Shown piece by piece: positions 8,296 to 18,094 of a stretch of DNA of 32,000 nt. The position numbers were made by a program, and so were the translations under genes. The notes beneath the pieces were generated by a model. That model was not told the origin of the DNA, made no database searches, and saw nothing but the letters and a program-made list of their open reading frames with translations. Each line of letters starts with the position of its first letter. Within the stretch, counting starts at the first letter, position 1. Location of the stretch: assembly GCA_038823825.1 (NCBI GenBank), contig JAWBCC010000001.1, forward strand, positions 210,001 to 242,000. Direction: 5' to 3'. The DNA is from Candidatus Hadarchaeales archaeon. Lineage in GTDB: Archaea > Hadarchaeota > Hadarchaeia > Hadarchaeales > Hadarchaeaceae.

Positions 8296-9537
8296 ATGAA
8301 GCCTCACATAAACCTAGTTTTCATAGGTCACGTAGATCACGGAAAATCTACTCTTATAGGTAGAATGCTTGTCGAAACCGGCGTGATTTCTGAGAAGGAA
8401 CTTCAGGAAGAGGCTGGCAGCTTCAAGTTTGCTTGGATAATGGATAGAGAAAAAGAAGAGAGAGAACGCGGCGTGACGATAGACGTGGCTTATCAGAAGT
8501 TTGAAACGTCGAAAAATATAATAACGATAATCGATGCTCCTGGGCACAGAGACTTCATAAAAAACATGATCACAGGGGCAAGTCAGGCTGATGCTGCGGT
8601 TCTTGTGGTCGCTGCCGATGATGGTATTATGCCGCAGACGAAGGAGCATGCCGTGCTGGCTTTCACTCTCGGGGTTGATCAACTCATCATCGCCATAAAC
8701 AAGATGGATTTGGTGAATTTCGATCAGAACGTTTATGAGAAGCTGAAGAGGGACTTGCAGACTCTCCTTTCCAGCATCGGATATAAGCGGGCGGAGGAGT
8801 TTCCCTACATACCGATATCCGCTTTTCACGGGGAAGGAATAACCAAGCATAGCCCACGCATGCCTTGGTATAAAGGCCCAACCTTTGTGGAGGCTCTTGA
8901 GGCTCTTAAGGAACCGCCGAAGCCGGTCGACAAACCCCTCAGGATTCCGATCCAAGATGTCTATTCCATCACGGGTGTCGGGACAGTTCCGATTGGGAGG
9001 GTTGAGACAGGTGTGCTCAAAGTTGGTGATATGGTTGTTTTTGAGCCACCAGGTGTGAAGGGTGAGGTTAGATCGATAGAAATTCATCACCAACCTGTGC
9101 AGCGGGCGCTCCCTGGGGATAACATAGGTTTCAATGTGAGAGGGGTTTCGAAGGAGCAGATTAAAAGAGGAGATGTGGCGGGACATCCTGATAACCCACC
9201 GACTGTGGCTTCCGCGTTTACTGGAAAGGTTGTTGTTCTTTTTTCTCCGCCCGAGATCGCTCCCGGTTTCACACCCACTTTTCACTGTCATGCTGCGCAC
9301 GCGCCCGGGCGGGTTGTTCAGATTTTGCAGAAGATAGACCCGAGGAGTGGTTCGGTTTTGGAGGAGACTCCCAGAGCTCTGCGCAAAGGGGAGGCAGGAA
9401 TAATTCAGGTCCAGCTACTCAAGCCAATCGTTATCGAGAGGGCTTCCGACATTCCGCACATGAGCAGGTTCGCTATAAGACATGGGGGTCAGACATTAGC
9501 CGCTGGGATATGTATTGATCTCGTGCGTGCGAAATGA
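8296..9537 (+). CDS. tuf: Translation elongation factor EF-1alpha
   Basis: G1 GHVDHGKSTLIGRML, G3 DAPGHRDFIKNMITGASQADAAVLVV, G4 NKMDLV, RGVSKEQIKRGDVAGHP. Confidence 0.97.
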   Translation: MKPHINLVFIGHVDHGKSTLIGRMLVETGVISEKELQEEAGSFKFAWIMDREKEERERGVTIDVAYQKFETSKNIITIIDAPGHRDFIKNMITGASQADAAVLVVAADDGIMPQTKEHAVLAFTLGVDQLIIAINKMDLVNFDQNVYEKLKRDLQTLLSSIGYKRAEEFPYIPISAFHGEGITKHSPRMPWYKGPTFVEALEALKEPPKPVDKPLRIPIQDVYSITGVGTVPIGRVETGVLKVGDMVVFEPPGVKGEVRSIEIHHQPVQRALPGDNIGFNVRGVSKEQIKRGDVAGHPDNPPTVASAFTGKVVVLFSPPEIAPGFTPTFHCHAAHAPGRVVQILQKIDPRSGSVLEETPRALRKGEAGIIQVQLLKPIVIERASDIPHMSRFAIRHGGQTLAAGICIDLVRAK

Positions 9538-9581
9538 ACTGGAGAAAATTTTATGAGTTTGTGTGGTTAGATAATTTCCGG

Positions 9582-9658
9582 GCGGCAGTAGTCTAGCTTG
9601 GTTAGGACACGAGCCTGCCACGCTCGTGACGCGGGTTCAAATCCCGCCTGCCGCACCA
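9582..9658 (+). tRNA. tRNA-Gly (GCC); CCA encoded
   Basis: GCGGCAGTAGTCTAGCTTGGTTAGGACACGAGCCTGCCACGCTCGTGACGCGGGTTCAAATCCCGCCTGCCGCACCA: complete cloverleaf, acceptor GCGGCAG/CTGCCGC, anticodon loop CTGCCAC. Confidence 0.96.
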
Positions 9659-9668
9659 GAAGTTAAAT

Positions 9669-12600
9669 TCACTTTTTGTTGGGTGAAATCCAACACCAGC
9701 AAATCCTCTTAAGTTTGATTTCCTCCTCTTCTGGTGTTAAAGTTCTCTTTTCCTTTAAGAGAGGAGGTATCACCTTCTTTGCTTCCTCCAGTAACCTTTC
9801 CTCCTTCATGGCTCTGTAGAGCTGGTTCACCACCGTTGTCCTATCGCAAACTTCCCTAAAACCTGCGGCCAGTTCTTCTCCCTCATCACCTAAGGCGCTG
9901 AGCTTCTCAAAGATTTCTCTAACCCTCCGACCGCCTAGAGGACCTTGAGTTCGTTGACGAACTTTTTTCCTTTCCAATTCCTTGATGAGTTCCAGTTTGA
10001 CCAGTTTTAAACGTTCCACTAACTTTTCATAATCTATTCTCTCTCCCTTTCCGTTTCCAGGTCTTCTCAAAATCTCTATGACCTTAATGGGTGAAGTTTC
10101 GGTTTGAGGTTTATCGAAATACCTTAACCTCCAGTAAATCTCCTTTCCGTCGGTAAATGCTACGAAAAGGGCTTCCCTCTCCCCCCTCATGAAGGAACCT
10201 ATGCCGCAAGGCAGTTTCTCCAGCCACTCTTTTCCTTTTTCCCTTAGGATTTCCGCTAGAACGTCAGCAGGATCGTTGGTGAACTGCTCCATCTGGGTTT
10301 CGAGGAACCTGAGTGCTTCATGGTCTTCTTTGGAGAGGGCCCTAATCAGCGTAAAGTCCTTGGGGATTGGTTGCTCTCCCAAAACCGAAGCATCAAGCCC
10401 TACGGTACTCCGGATGGCTTCTAACCTCAGATACAACCTTTCCGTCAGACGGAGGAAGCGCTGTAGAGTGTCTTCTTCCGGGAATAGGTTGGTTAAATAC
10501 ACAACAGGATAAGGAGAACCTATCCTGTCCACCCTTCCTGCCCTTTGGATGAGAACCACTGGGTTCCAAGGGAAATCGTAGTTGATCACGTATTGGGCGT
10601 TTTGTAGGTTTTGGCCGGTGCTGAGAACATCGGTGCTGATCATCAGTCCTCCTCTTTTCTTGAATTCTTCGACTCCTTCAGCCTCCCCCATCCTTTTTCC
10701 TTGAGGCCCTATGGCTCCTTCTCCTGTTACTAGGAAGGGGGAGAGGTGTTTGAATCTCTCGTATAAATACCGAGCGGTGTCGGCGTATTGCGTGAAAATG
10801 ATGATGCCGTTATTTCCGGTCAGGTTACGTGAGGTTTCTTCTACCCAAGCTTTAACCTCCTCGAGCTTGGTATCTCTCTCTGGAAGCAGCTTGAGGAGTT
10901 CTTGGATTTTTTCTTTATCTTTCTCATACCCTTGCTGGAACTCTTCGATTTCCGCAGGGGTGAGCCTACATTTCTCCACAAGCTCCGGGAGTTTGAAGAC
11001 TTCCTCAGGTTCCGGAAGCTCTCCTCCTTCTTCTTCTCCAACCAGCGAAAGTACTTCTCCCCTTACTCGCGGGGGAAGGAAGATTCCCTTCTCCTTCGCG
11101 TACTTGACCGCGTTCTCCAAATAATTCTCCATCTTCTCCAAGGACTTTCGGAAGGCCTCCAAGCTGCTCTCGAGCCTCTTCAGTAGGTTTATTCTTACTA
11201 CCGTCTTCACCAGCTCCTTGAGTTTTTCCAGCTTCTCGGAGGCCACAGCTTTCGAGATGATGCTTCCGTCAGGAAGTCTCAGTTCTCCGCTCAGCTTCTC
11301 GACGGAAAAATCGTAGCACTTGAAATCCATGGATTCTAGAATCTCCATTACCTTCTCGGGGTCGAAGGGCAAAGAGTAGTGGATGCTGAGGAGCTTCCTT
11401 TCTGGGAACTTTACCTCCTTTGAAAGTTCTTTGGCGAAATCTCTTGAGATTCTCACCACGAACCTTCGGAGAACCTCGTCCATGTCCACAGGTTTTCCTT
11501 CTAGCCACTCCTTTTGTCTGGCGGTAAAGTATCCTCTCAGGGATCCTCCTTCCAAGGCTGTATCGGGCAAATAAAGACTTAGGAGGGAGTAAAGGTCCAT
11601 CAAGCTCGTGTTGACGGGAGTAGCAGTAAGCAGAACCACATCGGCTCGATTCTTGTTGATTAACTCCGCCAAAGCCCGATAGCGGTTGGTAGACGGATGC
11701 CTGAATTGATGCGCCTCATCCACTATGATTAGACCAAGGGGATTCTCCGGGTCCGAGAATTTTTCAACTGTTCCCTCAGGGTCGCTGGACAGCCTCTCGG
11801 AGTTGATGCTTTCCAGCTGGATGTTCATCTTCCTCATCTCCTCCTTCCAAGTGGTCTCCAGCACACTCTTGGGGGCTATGAGAAGAGTGCGGTCAGGCAT
11901 GGCATCGTGGGCCAACACCAGACCTACCCTAGTTTTGCCCAACCCCGTAGAGTCCGCGACTAAAACGCCTCCCCATTTTTGAAGCTTCAAGCGGGACTCC
12001 AGCACCGAAAGGCGTTGATGAGGATAAAGTTTCTCAAAAGTTTTCTCCTTTTCTTCTATCTGCTCGAGTCCTTCCTTATAGCTCTCGTAGAGAGCTTTGG
12101 CAAGCACCTCCAAGGGGGTCCAGGTGACGGTATAGTTCTTGAGCATGGAGAGGAACTCCTCCTTGAAATCCTTTGCCATCTCCCAGACTTCTTGGAACCA
12201 GTCGAAGAGCTGTTGAACTGCCATCGGATCCGTGTCTACCATGTTGAGCTCACGGTTCTTGACCAGACCGGCATAGGTGAAGTTGCTAGATCCGACCACG
12301 GCCACTCCGTTGGCTTCTTGTTGGCTGGAAATGCCTAGGTAAGCCTTTCCGTGAAAGAAGGGCATCTCCAAAATTCTCACTTCTACTTCTGGGGACTCAA
12401 AATGGGATATGGCTTCCTGGAGAAGCTTGAAATATTCAGGGTTGTCCTCGTTCTCCTCTAGCTCCTTTAAGATCTCGTCTTCCCACCTCATGCTCTCCGT
12501 GGGCTCCTTTCCCAGCAAGAGTTTGAGAGGTTTTCCAACCAAGGTTTCTTTGATGGCACCCCAGCCCCGGATGTTGAAGTAAGCCGTGGCAATCATAATT

Positions 12601-12677
12601 TCGTTAGCCTTCGCCAGCTCCCTTTTCAGGACTTCCGCCAGAACTTCCCTTCTATTATCCACGATTCTAGCAGTCAA
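9669..12677 (-). CDS. Fusion of PLD-like nuclease domain and SNF2/RapA-type helicase (putative restriction/defence translocase-nuclease)
   Basis: 1002 aa. N-terminal PLD-type motif FFHGKAYLG...VAVVGSSNFTYAGLVKNRELNM; helicase motifs GGVLVADSTGLGKTRVGLVLAH (Walker A), LIIVDEAHQFRHPSTNRY (DEAH), LLTATPVNTSLMDLYSLLSLY, IIIFTQYADTARYLYERF, LISTDVLSTGQNLQNAQYVINYDFPWNPVVLIQRAGRVDRIGSPYPV. Starts TTG, overlapping the upstream gene's TGA. Confidence 0.9.
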   Translation of the reverse strand: MTARIVDNRREVLAEVLKRELAKANEIMIATAYFNIRGWGAIKETLVGKPLKLLLGKEPTESMRWEDEILKELEENEDNPEYFKLLQEAISHFESPEVEVRILEMPFFHGKAYLGISSQQEANGVAVVGSSNFTYAGLVKNRELNMVDTDPMAVQQLFDWFQEVWEMAKDFKEEFLSMLKNYTVTWTPLEVLAKALYESYKEGLEQIEEKEKTFEKLYPHQRLSVLESRLKLQKWGGVLVADSTGLGKTRVGLVLAHDAMPDRTLLIAPKSVLETTWKEEMRKMNIQLESINSERLSSDPEGTVEKFSDPENPLGLIIVDEAHQFRHPSTNRYRALAELINKNRADVVLLTATPVNTSLMDLYSLLSLYLPDTALEGGSLRGYFTARQKEWLEGKPVDMDEVLRRFVVRISRDFAKELSKEVKFPERKLLSIHYSLPFDPEKVMEILESMDFKCYDFSVEKLSGELRLPDGSIISKAVASEKLEKLKELVKTVVRINLLKRLESSLEAFRKSLEKMENYLENAVKYAKEKGIFLPPRVRGEVLSLVGEEEGGELPEPEEVFKLPELVEKCRLTPAEIEEFQQGYEKDKEKIQELLKLLPERDTKLEEVKAWVEETSRNLTGNNGIIIFTQYADTARYLYERFKHLSPFLVTGEGAIGPQGKRMGEAEGVEEFKKRGGLMISTDVLSTGQNLQNAQYVINYDFPWNPVVLIQRAGRVDRIGSPYPVVYLTNLFPEEDTLQRFLRLTERLYLRLEAIRSTVGLDASVLGEQPIPKDFTLIRALSKEDHEALRFLETQMEQFTNDPADVLAEILREKGKEWLEKLPCGIGSFMRGEREALFVAFTDGKEIYWRLRYFDKPQTETSPIKVIEILRRPGNGKGERIDYEKLVERLKLVKLELIKELERKKVRQRTQGPLGGRRVREIFEKLSALGDEGEELAAGFREVCDRTTVVNQLYRAMKEERLLEEAKKVIPPLLKEKRTLTPEEEEIKLKRICWCWISPNKK

Positions 12678-15600
12678 GTGGCCAACACCTTCCCTGCTTT
12701 TATTAGCCTATCTTCCACCACTTCGAGGAAGGCCTGGTGAAGCTCGTTGAGAAGGGAATCCAGCTCCAGCTTGGGACGTGTGCCGAAAACTGTTTGGACG
12801 GTGAACCAAGAGGGTGGCTTAGAGACTGGCATACTTAAAAGGCTCTCGATTACCGCCTTATCGAGTTCTTTCCTGTCAGTTTGCTTGATTTCCTCCGCAT
12901 ACTTCAACGGTTTTCTTTCCATCAGCTTGTGTGGGTCGAACTTTATCTTCATGTCACTCAGGTCTGGGACAGTTAACTCCTCGTAGTCCTCCACCATTAT
13001 GTCTGTGGCTGCACCTCCACCTCCAAGCCTCCTGCAGTGTAGCTCCACGGTGAGGTAGAAGAGGGTGGAATTCATGTAAATCCAAACGGTCAAGGGATCA
13101 ATTCCCCTGTTACAATACAAAGCATACAACCTATGGTCACACATCACGGGATTCTTGCTGAAGGGTATGTAGATGAGGTCCCTCCAAGACATGGGAAGGA
13201 GGATGTGGGTGGGCTCGAACTCGGGAAGCTCCCACCATCTTTCCCTCGCCTTGCAGGTGGGACGTTTATGGAATCCCTGCGATTCCCCCCATTTGATGTA
13301 CTTCTTGGTGAAGGGTCCGGGGTCCGAGGTGTAGAGACACAGCGTTTTGACGGAAGGAATCAAGAAGCTCCTTATCTCCTTTGGGCTCCTCACGAGGGGC
13401 TTCGTGTCTTTACGGTCTATTACGAATCTCTCTCCGGCCTCATTTTCTATGTATATCAGCCCCTTTTCCTCCAACTCCTTCCGGTTCTTTGCTGGGATAT
13501 CCCTGAATTTCTGGGGATTCGCGAGCCTGTCGGCTTCATAGAGGTGGCTCACATCCTTCATGTAGAAGAACTCATTTGCTCCCGTTTTAATCCCAAATTT
13601 TATTTCAACGAATTCCTTCAGTTTGTGAGTCAACCTCGGTAAGAAAACTTCCTCGAAAATGCGGGGGGAGCGTAAATAGTACCACTTTCCTGGTTTCAGT
13701 TCTGACCTCCTAAAGGACCTATAGTTTCTAATAGTGTTACCCGTATAGGAGTCCAAGTAGATGAAATCGACACTTTCCTCCCCCGTTTCCCGCTGGAGGA
13801 TGGTTATAACGGTGTTTATGTCAGCCTGAAAGCTCCTCTTCCTTTGCCCGTATACCGCCCTGAGGTGTGGCAGGAGCTCTCGTTGTAAAGTTCTTCCGTA
13901 GCCCGACTCCAACCACTTATCAGAAGAGATGACGGCCACCACCCCGCCCTTTCTGACCAATTGAATGGCTCTTAACATAAAGTAGGCATAGAGATCCGAG
14001 GTCCTGTCCAAACCGTAAATCCCAACATACAAATTCTTCTTTCCCTCCGGTATCTGCTCCTGCCTGACATAGGGCGGGTTCATTACCACGATATCCACCT
14101 TGGAAGGATAGAGGCTTTCGATGGTAAGACCCTCGCGTACCCCCATCTTCTCACTGATTTTCCTCTTCAGTTCGCTCATTTTCTTTCTGAGCAGTTTTTT
14201 CCTTTCCTCTGTGTGCTCTCTGAGATACTCCGCGTTGAGTCTCCTAAATTCATTTATTAATTCCGAAAGCTTTGTCTCCATAAACTCGTCCAGCTTTGGA
14301 CTCTGGGAAGGAGGATATAGGGAATCTTCGATTTCCATGAGGTTCAAGTCTAGGTTTGGAAGAGGCTCAGGTTCCCTCTGGTCTATGACCAAGGAAAGCC
14401 AGAGCCTCAGCTTTGCTATTTCCACTGCCTCAGGCTCTATGTCGAAGCCGCAGAGGTTAGGGAGAATCCTTTTCTTGTATTCCTCTGGGTCCCCTCTCCA
14501 TCCCACAGTAGCCTCGGCTTCGTGGATGAGCTGGATCAGGGTCTGCATCATAATTACCAAAAAACCACCGGACCCTACCGCGGGATCCATTACCCGCAGG
14601 GAGAGGAGCTTTTCTCTGAACTCCCTGACTTTCTTTTCCGATTTTTCTCTCCTAAGTTCATCTAAGAATTCCTCAAGTCCATCCACCAGCTCCAGTCTCC
14701 CATTTCTTTCCACCACTTTATCTTTGAGCCCCAGACAGGCCGCAATGGCTTTCCTGCACATGAACCCTATCTCGTTGGGAGGGGTGTAGAAGGTTCCTTT
14801 CTCTTTTCTTTCCTTTTCCGAAAGGAGGTTCTCAAGCACGGTTCCCAGCAGGAGGGGATCTATGCATACCTCCATCTCCATAGGGGAAGACTCATCCACG
14901 GTGAAATTGTATCTGTTGAAAAACTCCCTAGCCTCCAAAAAGATGGGCTCAAGCTTCTTTTCCGTCTTATCCTCGAGTTCCGGTGTGAAGTATTCTTCTC
15001 GCTCGAAAAGCGATCCATTGAGCAAAGGCATTCCACCTTCTCCTTTGGCGAGTTCCTCGTAACACAGGCGGTTGAAGTCCCGTACATTTTTTATCCTATC
15101 GACGTATTTCCTGTCTCCTTTCAACCATCCCTTCCTTTGAAGGAAGTACAGGAACATGAGTCTGCCCAAGAACCTCTGAGCATAGGAGGATGCTCTTTCC
15201 CCCATACTCGCTTTGAGGACCGAAACCGTTTTCTCGTAGAGTTCACGGTATCCCTCGAAGAACTCATCCCTGACTTTTTCATACGGAAAGAAGCTCGTAT
15301 CATAGGCATCTTTCAGTTTCTCCTTTCCTGGAAACCTGAGAGATTCCAGAACCTCTATGTCGGTGCGATAAAGTCTCTCGTGAAGCCAAAGGATTTTTAC
15401 TTCCCCTCCAGTGCCTTTTCCCGGAACGATCACAGCGTAACTATCTCTCCCGTCCGTGAAGAAGAGGAGGGGCCTGATGAGTCTTTTGCTTTTCCAGTTT
15501 CTCGCCACTTGAGAGCGGACACTCCTCGGAGGAAGTTTGGAGAATTGAAGGATGATCCCCTCCACGTAATCGTCCTTGTAAATCCTCAATACGTCTACAG

Positions 15601-15730
15601 GACTAACGTGGGCAGGAATAACCCCAGCATCCTTCAGTGTTTCTGTGTCCAGCTTCTCTTCTCGAAGCGGATAACCCAGTTTTTGCAGAGTCTCCATCCA
15701 AAAGGACACGTCGAAAGCTCTTGCTTCCAT
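12674..15730 (-). CDS. Eco57I/type IIG-like N6-adenine DNA methyltransferase with C-terminal putative target-recognition region
   Basis: 1018 aa: RFLGRLMFLYFLQRKGWLKGD, GTFYTPPNEIGFMCRKAI, motif I LRVMDPAVGSGGFLVIMM, GFDIEPEAVEIAKLRLWLSLV, motif IV DIVVMNPPYVRQEQIP, and LRPYxNxx-like C-terminal segments (FIPSVKTLCLYTSDPGPFTKKYIKWG). Confidence 0.9.
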   Translation of the reverse strand: MEARAFDVSFWMETLQKLGYPLREEKLDTETLKDAGVIPAHVSPVDVLRIYKDDYVEGIILQFSKLPPRSVRSQVARNWKSKRLIRPLLFFTDGRDSYAVIVPGKGTGGEVKILWLHERLYRTDIEVLESLRFPGKEKLKDAYDTSFFPYEKVRDEFFEGYRELYEKTVSVLKASMGERASSYAQRFLGRLMFLYFLQRKGWLKGDRKYVDRIKNVRDFNRLCYEELAKGEGGMPLLNGSLFEREEYFTPELEDKTEKKLEPIFLEAREFFNRYNFTVDESSPMEMEVCIDPLLLGTVLENLLSEKERKEKGTFYTPPNEIGFMCRKAIAACLGLKDKVVERNGRLELVDGLEEFLDELRREKSEKKVREFREKLLSLRVMDPAVGSGGFLVIMMQTLIQLIHEAEATVGWRGDPEEYKKRILPNLCGFDIEPEAVEIAKLRLWLSLVIDQREPEPLPNLDLNLMEIEDSLYPPSQSPKLDEFMETKLSELINEFRRLNAEYLREHTEERKKLLRKKMSELKRKISEKMGVREGLTIESLYPSKVDIVVMNPPYVRQEQIPEGKKNLYVGIYGLDRTSDLYAYFMLRAIQLVRKGGVVAVISSDKWLESGYGRTLQRELLPHLRAVYGQRKRSFQADINTVITILQRETGEESVDFIYLDSYTGNTIRNYRSFRRSELKPGKWYYLRSPRIFEEVFLPRLTHKLKEFVEIKFGIKTGANEFFYMKDVSHLYEADRLANPQKFRDIPAKNRKELEEKGLIYIENEAGERFVIDRKDTKPLVRSPKEIRSFLIPSVKTLCLYTSDPGPFTKKYIKWGESQGFHKRPTCKARERWWELPEFEPTHILLPMSWRDLIYIPFSKNPVMCDHRLYALYCNRGIDPLTVWIYMNSTLFYLTVELHCRRLGGGGAATDIMVEDYEELTVPDLSDMKIKFDPHKLMERKPLKYAEEIKQTDRKELDKAVIESLLSMPVSKPPSWFTVQTVFGTRPKLELDSLLNELHQAFLEVVEDRLIKAGKVLAT

Positions 15731-15950
15731 TGATATTCACTATTAATTTCCCTTAGTTTAAAAAATTTCTTCGATGTTCCTCTGGCTTTGAGAAAAAACA
15801 GCTGATGCTTTGTGTTTACACTATGAAAAAACTAAAATTCACATCACGCCCAGGGGAAGCACAAATTATGGCATGAAGCTTTAAAAAGCAAAGGATTAAA
15901 AGCATCGTTCTCTTACGATTATTGAGTCGAAGAAAGGAGAGGAATGGAAA

Positions 15951-16691
15951 ATGGTATTTGCACCACCAGGCGCGGGTTATGACCGGGCGATAACCGTCTT
16001 CAGCCCGGATGGCAAACTTTATCAGGTCCAGTACGCTCAAGAAGCGGTAAAACGGGGACTCACAGCTCTCGGGATGAAAGTCAAGGATGGCGTTGTCCTC
16101 GCAGCTGAAAAGATGGTCCGCAGCAAACTCGTTGAGGAGACTTCGATAGAGAAAATTTTCCAGATAGACGAGCACATAGGGGCTGCAGTCTCCGGCCTCA
16201 TCGCTGACGGTCGAGTCCTAATAGATCAAGCAAGACTTGAGGCACAGATAAACAGACTGCGATATGACGAGCCGATAACGGTCTACGCATTGGCCAAGAG
16301 GATCGGAGATATCCAGCAACTTTACACTCAGCACGGTGGCGTTCGTCCGTTCGGGGTGAGAATTCTGATAGGAGGAGTGGATAATGGAACGCCCAGCCTC
16401 TACGAGACTGATCCAAGCGGAGTTGTAGCTGCTTACAAATGTCAGGCAATAGGTAGGGAATCGCAAACCGTGGTTAACTTCTTCGAGGAAAAATACGACC
16501 CGAACCTCGGTTTAGAAGATGCGATAAAGCTTGCGGTCGAGGCCCTATCGAAAGTTGTCGAGCCGCCCTTAACTTCCGACAAGTTAGAAATGGCTGTGAT
16601 TCCAATGGAGACCGCAAAGTTCCGAAAGCTCACGCAGACAGAGATCTCAAAGTATACGAAGCCATACGAAAAAGCCAGACCGAAGGAGTAG
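15951..16691 (+). CDS. psmA: Proteasome subunit alpha
   Basis: [82 protein letters not shown]. Confidence 0.96.
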   Translation: MVFAPPGAGYDRAITVFSPDGKLYQVQYAQEAVKRGLTALGMKVKDGVVLAAEKMVRSKLVEETSIEKIFQIDEHIGAAVSGLIADGRVLIDQARLEAQINRLRYDEPITVYALAKRIGDIQQLYTQHGGVRPFGVRILIGGVDNGTPSLYETDPSGVVAAYKCQAIGRESQTVVNFFEEKYDPNLGLEDAIKLAVEALSKVVEPPLTSDKLEMAVIPMETAKFRKLTQTEISKYTKPYEKARPKE

Positions 16692-16703
16692 AAGGAGTCT
16701 CCT

Positions 16704-17399
16704 ATGGTCAAGTTAGAGGATGCCGTGATAGCGAGATTTTCAAGTCACGGCATGAACTTCGAAATTTTGGTCGACCCAAACTTGGCTGTTAGTCTGCGAG
16801 AGGGCAAGCAGGTAGACATGAGAGCGATGCTCGCCATTGACAAGGTTTTCAAAGATGCCCGGAAGGGAGAGTCGGCGTCGGAAGAAAGTCTTTTAAAGGT
16901 TTTCGGTACGTCCGACGTTTTCCGGGTTGCCGAACAAATCGTGAAAAACGGTGAAATTCAGCTTACGACCGAGCAGCGCAGAAAGATGAGGGAGGAAAAG
17001 GTGAAGCAAATCGTGACTATCCTTTCAAGAAGGGCGATAAATCCACAGACTGGAACTCCTCATCCTCCGGCAAGGATAGAAGCTGCCCTGAAGGAGGCAA
17101 AGGTTCAAATCGACGAGTTCAAGAGTGCTGAAGAGCAGATTCCGAAGATAGTCAAGGCCTTGCTTCCAATTCTACCGTTGAAATTTGAAATCAGGAAAAT
17201 TGCAGTTAAAATTCCGCCAGCCTACGTCGGAAAAGCTATCCACGTTGTGAGAAAAATGGGCACCATCAAGCAGGAGGAGTGGCTTCAAGATGGTTCTTGG
17301 GTGGTTTTAATGGAGATCCCGGCTGCTGTGGAAGCCGAAGTCTACGAAAAGTTGAACGAGCTAACGAAAGGAGAGGTTGAAACGAAGGTGATAGAATGA
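16704..17399 (+). CDS. SBDS/Sdo1 family ribosome maturation protein
   Basis: [112 protein letters not shown]. Confidence 0.95.
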   Translation: MVKLEDAVIARFSSHGMNFEILVDPNLAVSLREGKQVDMRAMLAIDKVFKDARKGESASEESLLKVFGTSDVFRVAEQIVKNGEIQLTTEQRRKMREEKVKQIVTILSRRAINPQTGTPHPPARIEAALKEAKVQIDEFKSAEEQIPKIVKALLPILPLKFEIRKIAVKIPPAYVGKAIHVVRKMGTIKQEEWLQDGSWVVLMEIPAAVEAEVYEKLNELTKGEVETKVIE

Positions 17400-18094
17400 T
17401 TCTCGTTCAGAACAGGGAGCTTGTGATTCCAGGTCAGAAAATCGCGGAAGGAAAGTACAAGATCAAGGAAGGAGTTTACAAGGAAGGTGACGAGATATTT
17501 GCTGCAGTGGTTGGTCTAGCGGAAATCAGCGATGAAACGATTAAGGTGATCCCGCTAGAAGGGAGATATATTCCCAAGGAAGGCGATCTGGTCATAGGAG
17601 TTGTGATAGACGTTCACGCTTGGGGGTGGGTTGTGGACATAAACTCACCCTATACTGGAAATCTGCTGTTTTCCGATTACTTAGAAAGAAAGGTGGATCC
17701 GGTCCGGGAAAATCCACACAAACATCTCACACTTGGTGATGTTGTTGCTCTGCAGGTCAAAGAAGTTAACGAAAGAAAGTACGTTTTACTTGAGGGCGGC
17801 AAAGCTGGTCTCGGGAGGTTGCGAGGAGGCAGAATGGTAGAGATCTCTCCCATGAAAATCCCACGCGTGAGAGGAAAAAAGGGTTCAATGCTCAAGGTTC
17901 TTCAGGATATCGGTGGATGTCGACTTTTGGTCGGACAGAATGGAAGAATAGTTATATGGGCGAAAACACCTGAGCGCACGGCTGTAATAGTTGAGGCTCT
18001 GAAGAGAATTGAGAGGGAAGCGCACATACCAGGTCTGACAGACCGAATACGTTTAATGCTGGAAGGGAGGAATGTAAAGGATGCAGAAACCTGA
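17396..18094 (+). CDS. rrp4: Exosome complex RNA-binding protein Rrp4 (S1/KH)
   Basis: [78 protein letters not shown]. Confidence 0.94.
   Translation: MILVQNRELVIPGQKIAEGKYKIKEGVYKEGDEIFAAVVGLAEISDETIKVIPLEGRYIPKEGDLVIGVVIDVHAWGWVVDINSPYTGNLLFSDYLERKVDPVRENPHKHLTLGDVVALQVKEVNERKYVLLEGGKAGLGRLRGGRMVEISPMKIPRVRGKKGSMLKVLQDIGGCRLLVGQNGRIVIWAKTPERTAVIVEALKRIEREAHIPGLTDRIRLMLEGRNVKDAET

Noticed and set aside
9677-9695. Inverted repeat tgttgg-gtgaaat-ccaaca as a terminator
   Set aside because: Only 6 bp, it lies inside the last codons of the helicase gene, and it has no T-tract downstream on the minus strand; insufficient to call a terminator.
9669-15730. Calling the cassette a complete DISARM or BREX locus
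   Set aside because: No DrmA/DrmB (DUF1998) helicase pair, no separate DrmC and no BREX genes (brxA, brxB, brxC, pglZ) are present in the window; only the methylase and a helicase-PLD fusion are seen.
10189-15733. Many plus-strand ORFs (e.g. 10189-10512, 11979-12338, 14121-14789, 15137-15733)
   Set aside because: They are antisense to the two large coding genes, compositionally odd (Ser/Leu-rich shadows) and show no recognisable domains.
15731-15950. Possible attR / tRNA-derived direct repeat at the distal end of the cassette
   Set aside because: Read through the gap for the tRNA-Gly 3' end (gttcaaatcccgcctgccgcacca) and found no copy; no integrase or transposase ORF is nearby.
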